A DNA stretch of 64,000 bases from Pelagomonas calceolata. Its lineage: Eukaryota. The notes under the pieces are model-generated. The model ran no database searches. It worked only from the letters and a program-made list of their open reading frames with translations, and was not told where the DNA came from. The stretch spans positions 558,001 to 622,000 of the forward strand of contig CAKKNE010000003.1 in NCBI GenBank assembly GCA_918797485.1, given 5' to 3'. The translations under genes and the position numbers were made by a program. Shown in pieces: positions 31,446-40,787 of the stretch (the stretch's first letter is position 1; each line of letters starts with the position of its first letter).

Positions 31446-32705
31446 ATGCCAACCACGAAAACGATGCTCGGCGTCGGTGCGTGCGCCATCGCGGTCGTCG
31501 CGCTCTGCCGCCGCGCCTTACGCACGCCGACGCCGCGCGACGGCCGCCCGCAGCTCACGCGCCAGAACGCGTATCGCACCCTTCCGGGCCTCCGAGACGA
31601 CCCGCCGCCGTCGTACTCACCGAAGGACCTCGTCGGCGGCGCGCCGCCGCGGGCTGAGGGCGACGGCGCGACGCCGGCGTTCGCGCTCGAGCTCCTCAAA
31701 GCCCTGTCCTCTGATCGCGAGAATGTCTTTGTGAGCCCCCTGTCCATCGCGACGGCCCTGAAGATGGCGCTCGCCGGCGCGACGCCCGGGAGCCGCCACG
31801 AGGCGGCTCTCCGGAAGGCGGTCGGGGGCATCGACGTCCAGGTGGCCGGCGTCGACGCGGCGAACGCGTTGTACGCGCGTGCCGATGTGAAGGCGTCGTT
31901 CGCCGACAAACTGAAGCGGCTCTTCAACGCCGCCGCGGCGCCGATGCCGGCGTCGGCGGCGCCCATCAACGAGTTTGTGGCCAAGGCTACGAAGGGACTG
32001 ATCACCAACCTTATTGACGACGGCACGGTCCGGGACCCGATGACGACGGCTATTCTCCTAAACGCCGTGTACTTCAAGGGTACGTGGCTCAAGAAGTTCG
32101 AGAAGGGTAACTCCCGGCCGGGCGCCTTCCAGGCACCAAGTGGCGAGAAGCAGGTCGACTTCATGCGGCAGGAGCAGCGCTATGCTGTTCATAACGCCGC
32201 TGGCGTCGGTCAGGCCGTGGCTCTTCCGTATGCAAAAGACGACCTCCGCATGGTGCTGATTCTGCCCGAGTCGGACGGACTCGCGGGCGCGCGTGCGACG
32301 GCGGCGGCGCTGCCGGCGCGCTGGGCGGAGCTCCGGCCCCTCGCCGAGGACAAGGTTGTGGTGGTGCTGCCTCGCTTTAAGATCGACTCGGGCGTTGTTG
32401 AATTGATGGACGTGCTGGACGCCTCGTTTGGCCTGGGCCTCATCAAGCGCGAGGGCGGGGGCTTCCTAGGCATCGCGGACCGGCCGGACCTCCACGTCGA
32501 CTCCGTGCTGCACCGCGCGGTCATCTCCGTCGACGAGGAGGGTACGGAAGCGGCCGCGGCGACGGCCGTCATAGTGGCGCAACGGGCCATGCCCCGGCCG
32601 CCGCGCGTGCTCAAGTTTGATCGCCCCTTCGTGTTCGCGATCGAGCACGCGGCGACGGGGCGCGTCGTGTTTGCGGGGGTTGTGGCGGAACCGAGCAGCG
32701 CTTGA
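31446..32705 (+). CDS. serpin with N-terminal hydrophobic anchor; inhibitory hinge, predicted P1 Arg
   Basis: NVFVSPLSI, NAVYFKGTW, LPRFK, VDEEGTEAAAATAVIVAQR-AM and FDRPFVF motifs. Confidence 0.92.
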   Translation: MPTTKTMLGVGACAIAVVALCRRALRTPTPRDGRPQLTRQNAYRTLPGLRDDPPPSYSPKDLVGGAPPRAEGDGATPAFALELLKALSSDRENVFVSPLSIATALKMALAGATPGSRHEAALRKAVGGIDVQVAGVDAANALYARADVKASFADKLKRLFNAAAAPMPASAAPINEFVAKATKGLITNLIDDGTVRDPMTTAILLNAVYFKGTWLKKFEKGNSRPGAFQAPSGEKQVDFMRQEQRYAVHNAAGVGQAVALPYAKDDLRMVLILPESDGLAGARATAAALPARWAELRPLAEDKVVVVLPRFKIDSGVVELMDVLDASFGLGLIKREGGGFLGIADRPDLHVDSVLHRAVISVDEEGTEAAAATAVIVAQRAMPRPPRVLKFDRPFVFAIEHAATGRVVFAGVVAEPSSA

Positions 32706-33039
32706 GCTCTTCTAGTGTGCATGTAAGTGATTTAAACCAATCGAAAAGACAGACTAGCGTTAAGCATACTAGACGCCCTCCGAATCAAGATAGTCAAGCT
32801 TTGTTTGCCCCTTGTGGGCACGTACAGACCTCAAAAACGTAAGCAAGGCGGCGTAGGGATCCTTAAACGACACGCCCTATACTTTTTTTTGCAAAAGCAT
32901 CGCTATCAGCGAATTCTGATTTTGGTGCAGTGAAACTTTGCAGGCAAAGTGGCGCACGCGCGCGCGCCTCGCTTCGTTACCTTCGTCTTAGGCACTCCAG
33001 ATAACGTTGACGCCACGCCATTGATGAGAGCGCGCGTAA

Positions 33040-33336
33040 ATCGCCCCTTGCGAACCGGCGACGCGACGCCGCGCCTACGACGACGCCGGGCTCGTCGGCG
33101 GCCTCATCGCCGCGGCCGTCATTGCGATCGCCGCGCTCTGCTGCATCGGAGCCATGGCGAAGAAGGAGAAGGAGGGCAAGCCCGTCTTCGCGCCCGTCCA
33201 CAACCCCGTCAACGAGCGGGTCGCCGAGGCGCCCGGCGTTTTGCCCGCGCCCCGATTAACTCGGCGGCGCCCATCCCAAAGCCCATCCCATCCCTCCCCT
33301 CTGACTAACCCGTTGAACGACGGACGGATGGGATAG
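33040..33336 (+). pseudogene. orphan 3' gene fragment: TM helix plus cytosolic tail
   Basis: Open frame DDAGLVGGLIAAAVIAIAALCCIGAMAKKEKEGKPVFAPV with no ATG or ectodomain upstream; in-frame stop at 33037-33039. Confidence 0.4.
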
Positions 33337-33361
33337 GAACTAAGTTTAAACAGGAGCGAGA

Positions 33362-34915
33362 TCATCCGACCACGCGCCGCGCCAATTTCGCCATAAGGCG
33401 GGAGCCTCGGCCGCCGGCGCCCGAGCGCGTCGGCGTTCTCCGCGAGGCGCCGCCCGATCCAGGGCGCGAGGTCGCGCGTCGCCCCGAAGAGCACGAGCTT
33501 GTGCGCGCGGCAGCCCGCAGCGGCGAGCGACCGCGTCAGGCCGTCGCAGAGGCCCAGGATCTGCGCGAACTTGAGGCGGTCGTCGCCCCGCTCGAGGTGC
33601 AGCGCGTCCGCCTTCGACAAAGCCTTTCGCAGCTCGCCGGCGTTGTGCGTGCAGAGGAACGCGTGAGCGTCGTCGCCCGCCGCCGCGGCCTCTATTAATT
33701 GGGAGACGGCTGCGTCGTAGGCCGCGTCCGTCTCGGCCTTGGACCCGCGGAGCCGGCCGGCCGCCTTAGCTTCAGCCACGAGGCGCGCGCGCACGAGTTT
33801 GGCCCGAACGCGACCCCGAGGTCCTTGGCGAATGCGGCGTCGAGGGCCAGGCGCGCCTCCGAGCCGGCGAGGTAGCACTGGTACGTGTTGTAGAGCGGCG
33901 GCCCGGGGCGCGCCGGCCGGCCCAGCGTACCTGCGTGGAAATCAAATTTCGGGCGCCCCACGCCATCGACGCGACGTGCTTCCGTAGCGGCGTCTGCTCG
34001 ACGGCGTGGCGATTCTACCGCCATCGACGCGACGTTGTCCTCGTAACAGCTTCTGCTCTCGATGGAGGATCACGGTAACAGAACTCACTGGTTGATTTCC
34101 ACACAGCCGCGTACGTCGCGAACGCGCGGTCCGCGTCGGCGGCCCACGCCTCGAGCGCGCTCAGGAACAGGCGGTCGACGGCCGGCTGCAGGTCGGTCAT
34201 TTCGGCGTCGAGCAAAAGCGCGCCGCCCGCGGCCTCCGCGTCGCGCGCGAGGCGCACCAGGCCCTCGACGGCGTCGTCGAAGTGCTTCCGATGCTCCTCA
34301 CTCAGCTGCGTCACCAGCTCGCCGTCGAGGCGCGCGGCGTCGGGCTCCGGCGCCTGCTGTATCAAGTCCGCGAGCGCGCGGAGCATCGCTCCGTCGGCGA
34401 CGGCAGTGGGCTTGATCGGCACGGTAAGGCCACCAGCGGCGGCGACGAGCTGGCGCTTCCGCGCGAGTTCGAGCTGGACATCATCGGCTTCTTCCACCCC
34501 GTGATCGACGATCGTGGCGATGCCGTCCTCGGCGAGGGCCGCGGCCGTCCGCTTCGCGTCTTCCAGCGTCGCGCCACCCACAAACCGGCCCTCCGCCGCG
34601 GCGCCGACCAGCGAGGCAGCCACGCTCGAGGTCGTCGCGGCCTGGAGGGTGGACTGCGCGATGGCGGTGCCGCCCGGGAGCCGGAGCGCGCTCATGACCT
34701 GTGTCCATCGAGCAGGCGTCGCGTCGATGGCGTGGAAGTTATGATTCAGCCGTAAGCGGAGAAGCGCCGCGAAATTTGATTTCTGCACAGAGACTGACGG
34801 TAGCGCTGCGCAGCAGGGCCGCCGTTCCGACGGAGGCCAGGCCGGCTTGCGGGTCGAAGGCCTTGCTCGACACGGCGAGGCTGAGGCGCCGCAGGCTCGC
34901 GGGGGTACGCAGCAT
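33362..34915 (-). CDS. PRODH: proline dehydrogenase, mitochondrial; two introner introns plus frameshifts
   Basis: RFVGG, IKPTA, LLDAE..LQPAVD, YNTYQCYL, KLVR, THN, FAQILG and RRLAEN motifs. The 3' end is approximate. Confidence 0.85.
33931..34106 (-). mobile_element. introner element (176 bp); intron 34114-33931
   Basis: TIRs CTGCGTGGAAATCAA / TTGATTTCCACACAG; TSD (gene sense) GTACGCGG / GTACGCTG. A nearby 1-nt indel is still needed to restore the frame. Confidence 0.9.
34699..34790 (-). mobile_element. introner element (92 bp, one TIR eroded); intron 34798-34699
   Basis: CTGTGCAGAAATCAA ... GGACACAG; the interior is shared with the 47304 and 62358 copies. A phase-0 splice joins LLRSAT to VMSALRLP. 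Confidence 0.85.
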
Positions 34916-35094
34916 GGCGAATAACGGCTGATGAGCCAGTTGTGGATCTGTGTGATGACGTGGCCGCAGAGGTGACCGAGAGGCTGAGCCGCGCAAGGAG
35001 GCAAGAGTGAGCAGTACTGGTAGTCAAAACGTGCAACCTATCGGCGCGTCAAGAGCTGTAAGCCGTTCGTTTTTCAGAGCAAAAACGACTGCTG

Positions 35095-35117
35095 GCTAGT
35101 GTCTTACGGCCGCTAGC
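35095..35117. promoter_or_regulatory. conserved intergenic CTAG-pair element, copy 9
   Basis: GCTAGTGTCTTACGGCCGCTAGC, 180 bp upstream of the PRODH ATG. Confidence 0.75.
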
Positions 35118-35188
35118 GCGATTAATGTAGTCCTAGCACCGTAACATCGATATCGCCACGCCGAACTCACAAGGTACCACGTTAGAGA

Positions 35189-35267
35189 GGCACGACCACC
35201 CGCGTCGGCGACGGTCGCGCGGCCAGAAGCCGCCACGGCCGCCGCGTCATAAGGCGGGTGGCCTGCC
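35189..35267 (-). promoter_or_regulatory. SECIS-like hairpin (type II, GG in place of apical AA)
   Basis: Helix I GGCAGGCCACCCGC/GCGGGTGGTCGTGCC; core ATGAC...CGAC; 11-bp helix II GCGGCGGCCGT/GCGACCGTCGC; then GG and ministem CGGC-TTCTG-GCCG. Confidence 0.75.
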
Positions 35268-35284
35268 GTCTCGCAGAAACAATC

Positions 35285-35903
35285 CTAGCGCGCGCGAGCG
35301 GGTCGAGGAACGCCGCGCTCGCGAACAGGACCGTGACGGCGAGCGCCTTGAGCGACGTCGAGACGTTCATCGAGTTCACTCGATCTAAGATTTGCTTCGC
35401 CACACCATCCGGTGCGGCGCTCAAGCCCAGTGCCGGCCACGTCCCAGAGGCCGGACTGGGCGATGTTTCACAGGCCCGTCTTCGCCGAATCATATAACCC
35501 GAGCGACAGAAATAAACCAGGAAGCAGCGAGCCGCTGGGGACGAACGCCCGCGTGGGGCGCGCACAGGAACGCGGACTGCAGGAGCGTCACCACGGCGAG
35601 GACGCGCCCCGCGGCGAGCCGTCTAGCTCGCTCGGCTCCATCAATATTGCGCAGCTCGTCGGCGGCCGCCTCTCTAAGTTTCTGTTGCTCGGCGTCGGAC
35701 GGCGGCGTCGGCTCCTCGCTGCCCAGCACCAACTGCATCGTGCGACCCTCCCGCAGCGTCGGCACGGCGTCGATGACGTCCTTCATGAACGGGTTCGGAT
35801 TCTCGAAGTCGTTGCTTGACCGCAGCGGGGTCGGTCGCGGCGGCCGCGGCGCGATGAACGCGGTGGCGGCGTGCAGCAAAAACGAGCAGATGAAGAGTCG
35901 CAT
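35285..35903 (-). CDS. candidate plastid-targeted membrane selenoprotein (in-frame UGA at 35470-35468; frameshifts in this sequence)
   Basis: Presequence MRLFICSFLLHAATA-FIAP; NIDGAERARRL; TM segments; LFLSLGLYDSAKTGL-UGA-NIAQSGLWDVAGTGL; SECIS-like hairpin directly downstream. Confidence 0.65.
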
Positions 35904-36334
35904 GGCTGCGAATTCGTGCGAGTGATGCGAGCGTCGCCCGCGTCGAGCTCGCTTAGCCCTCAAATGCAAACTTGTAGTGTGAGCTGGCTCCTGCCCAGAG
36001 GTGGCGTACCCGCGTTTCTCGTTCCACGACGTTGCGTAGCGTTAGTGCGACCCAATGCGCACCACTGCGCCCACCAGTGCACTGCACGGCCGCGCTAGCT
36101 CTGTGAGCTTGGTCACACAGCTTTGTTGTCAGCTTTGTGAGGTGCTCTCTGCTCGTAATCTCGGAGCGTACGCGCACGCGTGCGACAGAGGCCTCGCGCA
36201 ACAGTGCAGCACTATCAGCTGGCTGTAGCTAGGACAAATTTGCCGGCGCCGTGACCTCGCAAAAACTTTGGACTGCTGCAGGGTGCATCCTCTCAGCCTG
36301 CAAAGCGCGCGAGCTAGGCCGCGAGGCGTTGACC

Positions 36335-37120
36335 ATGCGCCGACGACTCGTCGGCGCACTGCTGCTTGTGCACTGCTGTTCCGGCGACGACGCCACCGCC
36401 GCCGTCGCCGTGACGGCTCAACTCGCAGAAACGTTCGCGGCGGCCTGCAATGCAACTGATTTCCACGCGCTCGTCGATTTGCCGGCGGCGAAATACGTTC
36501 ATGTCATGGACTTCTCCAGGGGAATCGAAGCTGCCATCTCCGCGAAACGCGGCGTGCCTTGCGTTTTGCGCCGCTTGGCCCGCAGACCGGCAAACAGCCG
36601 GTGCGCGCGCTGGTACGTGGGCCGCTACGACGAGGTGCGGCGGAACATGTATACGACAGAGATGTTCGAGAACGCGACGAAAACTATCGATGGCTACGCG
36701 GGCATCCGCGACGTGCACATCGGTCTTGATATCGGCGGGCCCGCGGGCACGCCGGTCTACGCGCCGGCCCAGGGCGTCATTCAAAGCTTCGGCTACAACC
36801 CCGACGCGGGCGACTACGGCCACGTTATCGTTACGGAACACGTGATAGAAGGCGTGCGGTGCTGGATGCTCTTCGGACACCTCGACTCCGCGTCGGTGGC
36901 GTTCAAACGCGTGGGCCAGGTGGTGGAGCGCGGCGAGCGCATCGGAGCGTTCGGCGCATCGCACGAGAACGGAGGTTGGGCGCCGCACGTGCACTTCCAG
37001 GTCTCACTCATTCCGCCGGCGACGCACGACATGCCCGGCGTCGTCTCCGCCGCGCAGCGCGACCGGGCGCGACTGGAGTACCCCGACCCGCGATTGATTG
37101 CGGGGATGTTGTATACATAA
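36335..37120 (+). CDS. secreted M23 family zinc metallopeptidase, bacterial-like
   Basis: HIGLD (HxxxD), YGHVIVTEH, FGHL and PHVHFQ (HxH) motifs; signal peptide MRRRLVGALLLVHCCSG. Confidence 0.88.
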   Translation: MRRRLVGALLLVHCCSGDDATAAVAVTAQLAETFAAACNATDFHALVDLPAAKYVHVMDFSRGIEAAISAKRGVPCVLRRLARRPANSRCARWYVGRYDEVRRNMYTTEMFENATKTIDGYAGIRDVHIGLDIGGPAGTPVYAPAQGVIQSFGYNPDAGDYGHVIVTEHVIEGVRCWMLFGHLDSASVAFKRVGQVVERGERIGAFGASHENGGWAPHVHFQVSLIPPATHDMPGVVSAAQRDRARLEYPDPRLIAGMLYT

Positions 37121-37157
37121 TCTGTTGTCATGCGATCAATGGTAATTACACAAGCAA

Positions 37158-38015
37158 TCAGCCGCCCCAGAAGTAGCAAGCGACGTGGCGGAAGAGCGGG
37201 TCCGGCAATTCATCAAGCGGTAGGCCGCCCGCGGCGCGGCCCCGCGCGGCATAGCGCGTCTGGAGGGCCCGGATGACCACAAGGTCGCGTCTCGGGCCGG
37301 CCAGATGGCGTCTCCAGGAACCGGCAGCCCTCACGGCCCGGAGCGTGTCGAGGCCCCGCCGCACTCGCGCGCGCGCTTCGGATTCTGACCGGACCGTCTG
37401 CAGGAGCGGGAACAGACTCTGTTCGGCCTCGGCCGGGTCCATCGCCAGCAAGTTCAGGTCGGGCCGCGCGCCGGCTCGCAGCAGCGCGCGCACGGTTTGC
37501 AGCTCCCCGAAGGCCGTCGCGACGACAAGCGCGGTGCGGCCCGTGCCCGTGCGCGCGTCGCGCGTCGCGCCCCGCGCCAAGAGTAGTCGGACGACGTCGG
37601 CGGCGCCCTGGCGCGCGGCGACGTGTAGGGCCGTCCACCCATCGGCGGCCTTCTTGTTGGGATCCGCCCCGGCGCCCAGGAGCCGCGCGCAGAGCGCCGC
37701 GTCGCCCCGAAAGGCAGCGTACGCGAGCGGCCGGCTCCGGTGGCCCGACGGCGTCTCGGGGTCAGCGCCGCCGTCGAGGAGGGCGTCGACGCATCTTTGC
37801 GGCCGTGAACCACCGCCACGACTAAGGGCGTCCTTCCTAAACCGTCGCGCGCGTCCAGCGAGAGCCCCGCCGACACCGCCTCGCGTACGGCGTCGACGTC
37901 GCCGGCCGCGCGCGCGCCAGAGCGCGTGCGGCTCTTTTCGCGCTGGCAGGTCGCGGAGCTGGAGCTCCGGCGTGACGCGTCGCGGCGCTTGTTGTTGCGG
38001 CTCCACCTCCATCAT
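37158..38015 (-). CDS. ankyrin-repeat protein (probable local frameshifts in the first repeat)
   Basis: RPLAYAAFRGD..LLGAGADPN, GWTALHVAARQG, GRTALVVATAFG; an earlier repeat DARDGLGRTPLVVAV lies in another frame. Confidence 0.8.
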   Translation of the reverse strand: MMEVEPQQQAPRRVTPELQLRDLPARKEPHALWRARGRRRRRRTRGGVGGALAGRARRFRKDALSRGGGSRPQRCVDALLDGGADPETPSGHRSRPLAYAAFRGDAALCARLLGAGADPNKKAADGWTALHVAARQGAADVVRLLLARGATRDARTGTGRTALVVATAFGELQTVRALLRAGARPDLNLLAMDPAEAEQSLFPLLQTVRSESEARARVRRGLDTLRAVRAAGSWRRHLAGPRRDLVVIRALQTRYAARGRAAGGLPLDELPDPLFRHVACYFWGG

Positions 38016-38557
38016 TCCGGCGTTGCGCGTCGCGGCGGCGCCAGATACAGCAATGCAATGCTCTTTTTGCCTTTTTTTGCCCCACAGGGGTGTTTTCCAG
38101 CGCCGATTTTGCTGCCACTCAAGTATGCAGACCAAGACGAAGCTCCAGAGCCACTTTCAGCTCTCTGGATGGACTTTGCCACGGAGCTTGCATCCAAAAT
38201 GGGGCCAAGGTACGCACCGTGACGAAGACTTTCGCTCTGAGCAGGATACCCTCACCCCTCTCGGCCGGACGGCGTCCCACGGGACGTGCGCGACGAGGTG
38301 GGCGAAGAAACGGAGGCACAGATTTAGCGTCTTTTAGCCTATTTTTTTGCTAAAGGACAAGGAACGGCGCCGCGCCTCAAACAAGCCGCGCGCAAGAGCC
38401 GCGGACACACTGAGCACCTTTTCCAGCGCTCCTCATACCGCAGCTGTCGTGGCCGCAGCGTCAGAGCCGCCGCTTTGTTGGCAAGCCTAAAAAACAAATC
38501 AACTGTTGGAGCCACTCCCGCCTCGCGCGCGCGCCGGCAAAAGACAAAAAGATAATC

Positions 38558-39411
38558 ATGGACACAACCCCACCAGACCGCGAGTTCTGCGCACGCGGCG
38601 AGCAGCTCTACGTCGAGGCGCAGCTCGACCTCGCGTGCTGGCGGCGCAGCTACCCCCAGATCGAGCACCTCAAGGCCGCCGTCGCGGACCGCGAGCTGGC
38701 CGTCGATTCCAATTCGCCGCTGGGCCTGCGCGTGGCCATCGCGCAGGCGGCGCGCTTCCACCACGAAGGCGTGAGCTCGTCGGCGAGTGCGTGCTCTGCC
38801 TCGAGATGACGCTCAACATCCTCACACACATCCACGTCAAGCCCTGGAACGTGCACGCGAAGCGCGCGCTCGCGGATTTGAGGAGGGCGGCCATGCTCTT
38901 CGCCGAGGGCGAGGGCCCTCAGGCCTTCGAGCAGGCGCCCAGCGGGCCTGGCGTCGCCCGCCGACCGCGGCCCGGACTCCTTCGACTACTGCGCGGAGCT
39001 GGCCCGCGCGGGCGCGCGCGGCTGCGCGCGGCCGACCCCTACGCGCGGCGCCGGGCGCTCGGCGACGGCGACGCGGCGACGGCCGCGCGCGCCGCGCTGG
39101 CCGGCGTCGAGCGCATGCTGCTCGACATCGAGAACCAGTACTGTCCCGAGCCCAAGTTCGCCAAGATCATCAGGGGCGACGCGGCGGCGGGCGCGGCGCC
39201 CGGCTTCGTCGAGGCCGCGGGCGCGGCGGCGCCCGAGCCCGCGTTCGCGCCGCAGCCGCCGCCGCCGCCGCGCTTCGCGCCGCCGCCGCCGGCGTTGCCG
39301 CCCCAGCCGCGCTTCCCGCCGGCGTCGCCCGCGCGGCGCGCGCCGCCGCCGCCGCCGCGCCGGTCGCCCGCGCCGCCGCCGCCCGCGCGGCGGTCGCCCG
39401 CGGCGCCGCGG

Positions 39412-39442
<31 letters not shown>

Positions 39443-40367
39443 GCCGCGCGGCGACGCCGGACACGGGCGCGCGCGCGACGGCCGGCGGCGGCAGCCCCGC
39501 GCGGTCCTTCGGCTTCGGCTCGGACGACGACGACGAGATCAGCGAGCCGGCGCCGGTCTCGGAGTCGCAGGCCGCGGCCGAGGACCTCACGGGCCTGCTG
39601 CCCGGCGCGCCCGTGCGCGGCAAGAACGCCAAGGGCTCGCGGAAGCGCCGGCGCTGGACGGCCGACGAGGAGACGGCCGTCAAGGACGGCTACCAGATGT
39701 ACGGCGACAAGTGGGCCAAGATCCTGCGCGAGTTCTCCGTGCTCAGAAAGGGCGGCCGCACGAGCGCCGACGTCCGCGACAAGTTCCGCAACCTCGTGAA
39801 GAAGGACCCGGCGCTCGCCGGGCCGCCCAAGCGCGCGCCGGCCGACGGCCGCACCGACGACGAGGACGACGAGGACGAGGAGGAGGCGGCGGCGCCGGCG
39901 CCCGCGCCGAAGCGCCGCCGCTCGTCCGGCGGCGCCGCGCCGGCGCCGGCGCCGGCCGCCGCGCCGCCGCCGCCGGCCGCGGCGCCCGCGCCCGCCGCGC
40001 CGCCGGCGCCGCGCGTGCCGGCGGACGCGTGGGTCCCCGTCTGCGCCGAGTGGTGCCGCAAGCGCCTCGTGGCCGAGCCCGACGCCAAGGTGCACATCTC
40101 GACGGTCCGCGACGCGTTCGCGTCGTCGACGGCGCTGCCGGCGGCGCACGCGGGCGCGCTGCGCGAGGCGTTCAAGCGCCCCAAGTCCAGGGAGTCCAAG
40201 GCGTTCAAGAAGACGCTCGAGGCGATCGTCAAGGGCAACATCAAGAACCAGGTCGTGATCGACGGCAAGAACCAGGTGGGCATCCTCCACTTCCGCCTCA
40301 AGGGCGACCACGTCGTGGACGACGACGAGGAGGTCCTCTCCGACGCCGGCGCGGCCGAGCCGGCCGC

Positions 40368-40398
<31 letters not shown>

Positions 40399-40401
40399 TG
40401 A
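38558..40401 (+). CDS. telobox/TRF-like single-Myb DNA-binding protein (frameshifts near the N-terminus)
   Basis: KRRRWTADEETAVKDGYQMYGDKWAKIL...RTSADVRDKFRNL; Pro-rich linkers; acidic tail. Confidence 0.75.
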
Positions 40402-40632
40402 GCCCTTTCCCCCTTCATCCCCTTGTAACTCCATGACTCTCTCCTTTCGGTCCTGGACTCGTCCGTGCGTTTGCTCTGTGGTCGAGTCAGGGTTGCGCGG
40501 CGGCTGGTTGAGTGGACTACCTTCCTATAGAGCCAAGCCTAGCCTTTCTTACCCAAAACGGGGAAAAGAGAGAGAGAGAGAGCCACTTATTGAACCCACC
40601 CCCAGGTAGTACGGACCCCGAGCGCTAGGAAG

Positions 40633-40655
40633 TGCTAGTGTCTCGACATACTAGC
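40633..40655. promoter_or_regulatory. conserved intergenic CTAG-pair element, copy 10 (degenerate)
   Basis: TGCTAGTGTCTCGACATACTAGC, ~130 bp upstream of ATG 40788. Confidence 0.55.
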
Positions 40656-40787
40656 CTTCGACCTCGAATTCAGTCGAGCAAACCAGTAGGATTGCTGTAA
40701 TTCTGTCTTAATTCGTTGCATTCGAGCGCAACATATCAACCACAGCACCGCGGCACAAAGGGGGCAGCCGCAAACGCCATCGCTGCG

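Noticed and set aside
38787..40436. Long overlapping alternative-frame and antisense ORFs (e.g. 38787..40436, 38986..40434, and many Arg/Ala-rich ORFs elsewhere)
   Set aside because: These are expected shadows of very high GC and stop-codon scarcity. The translations are low-complexity R/A/G/P with no motifs.
40567..40582. (AG)n microsatellite
   Set aside because: Short, ordinary simple repeat.
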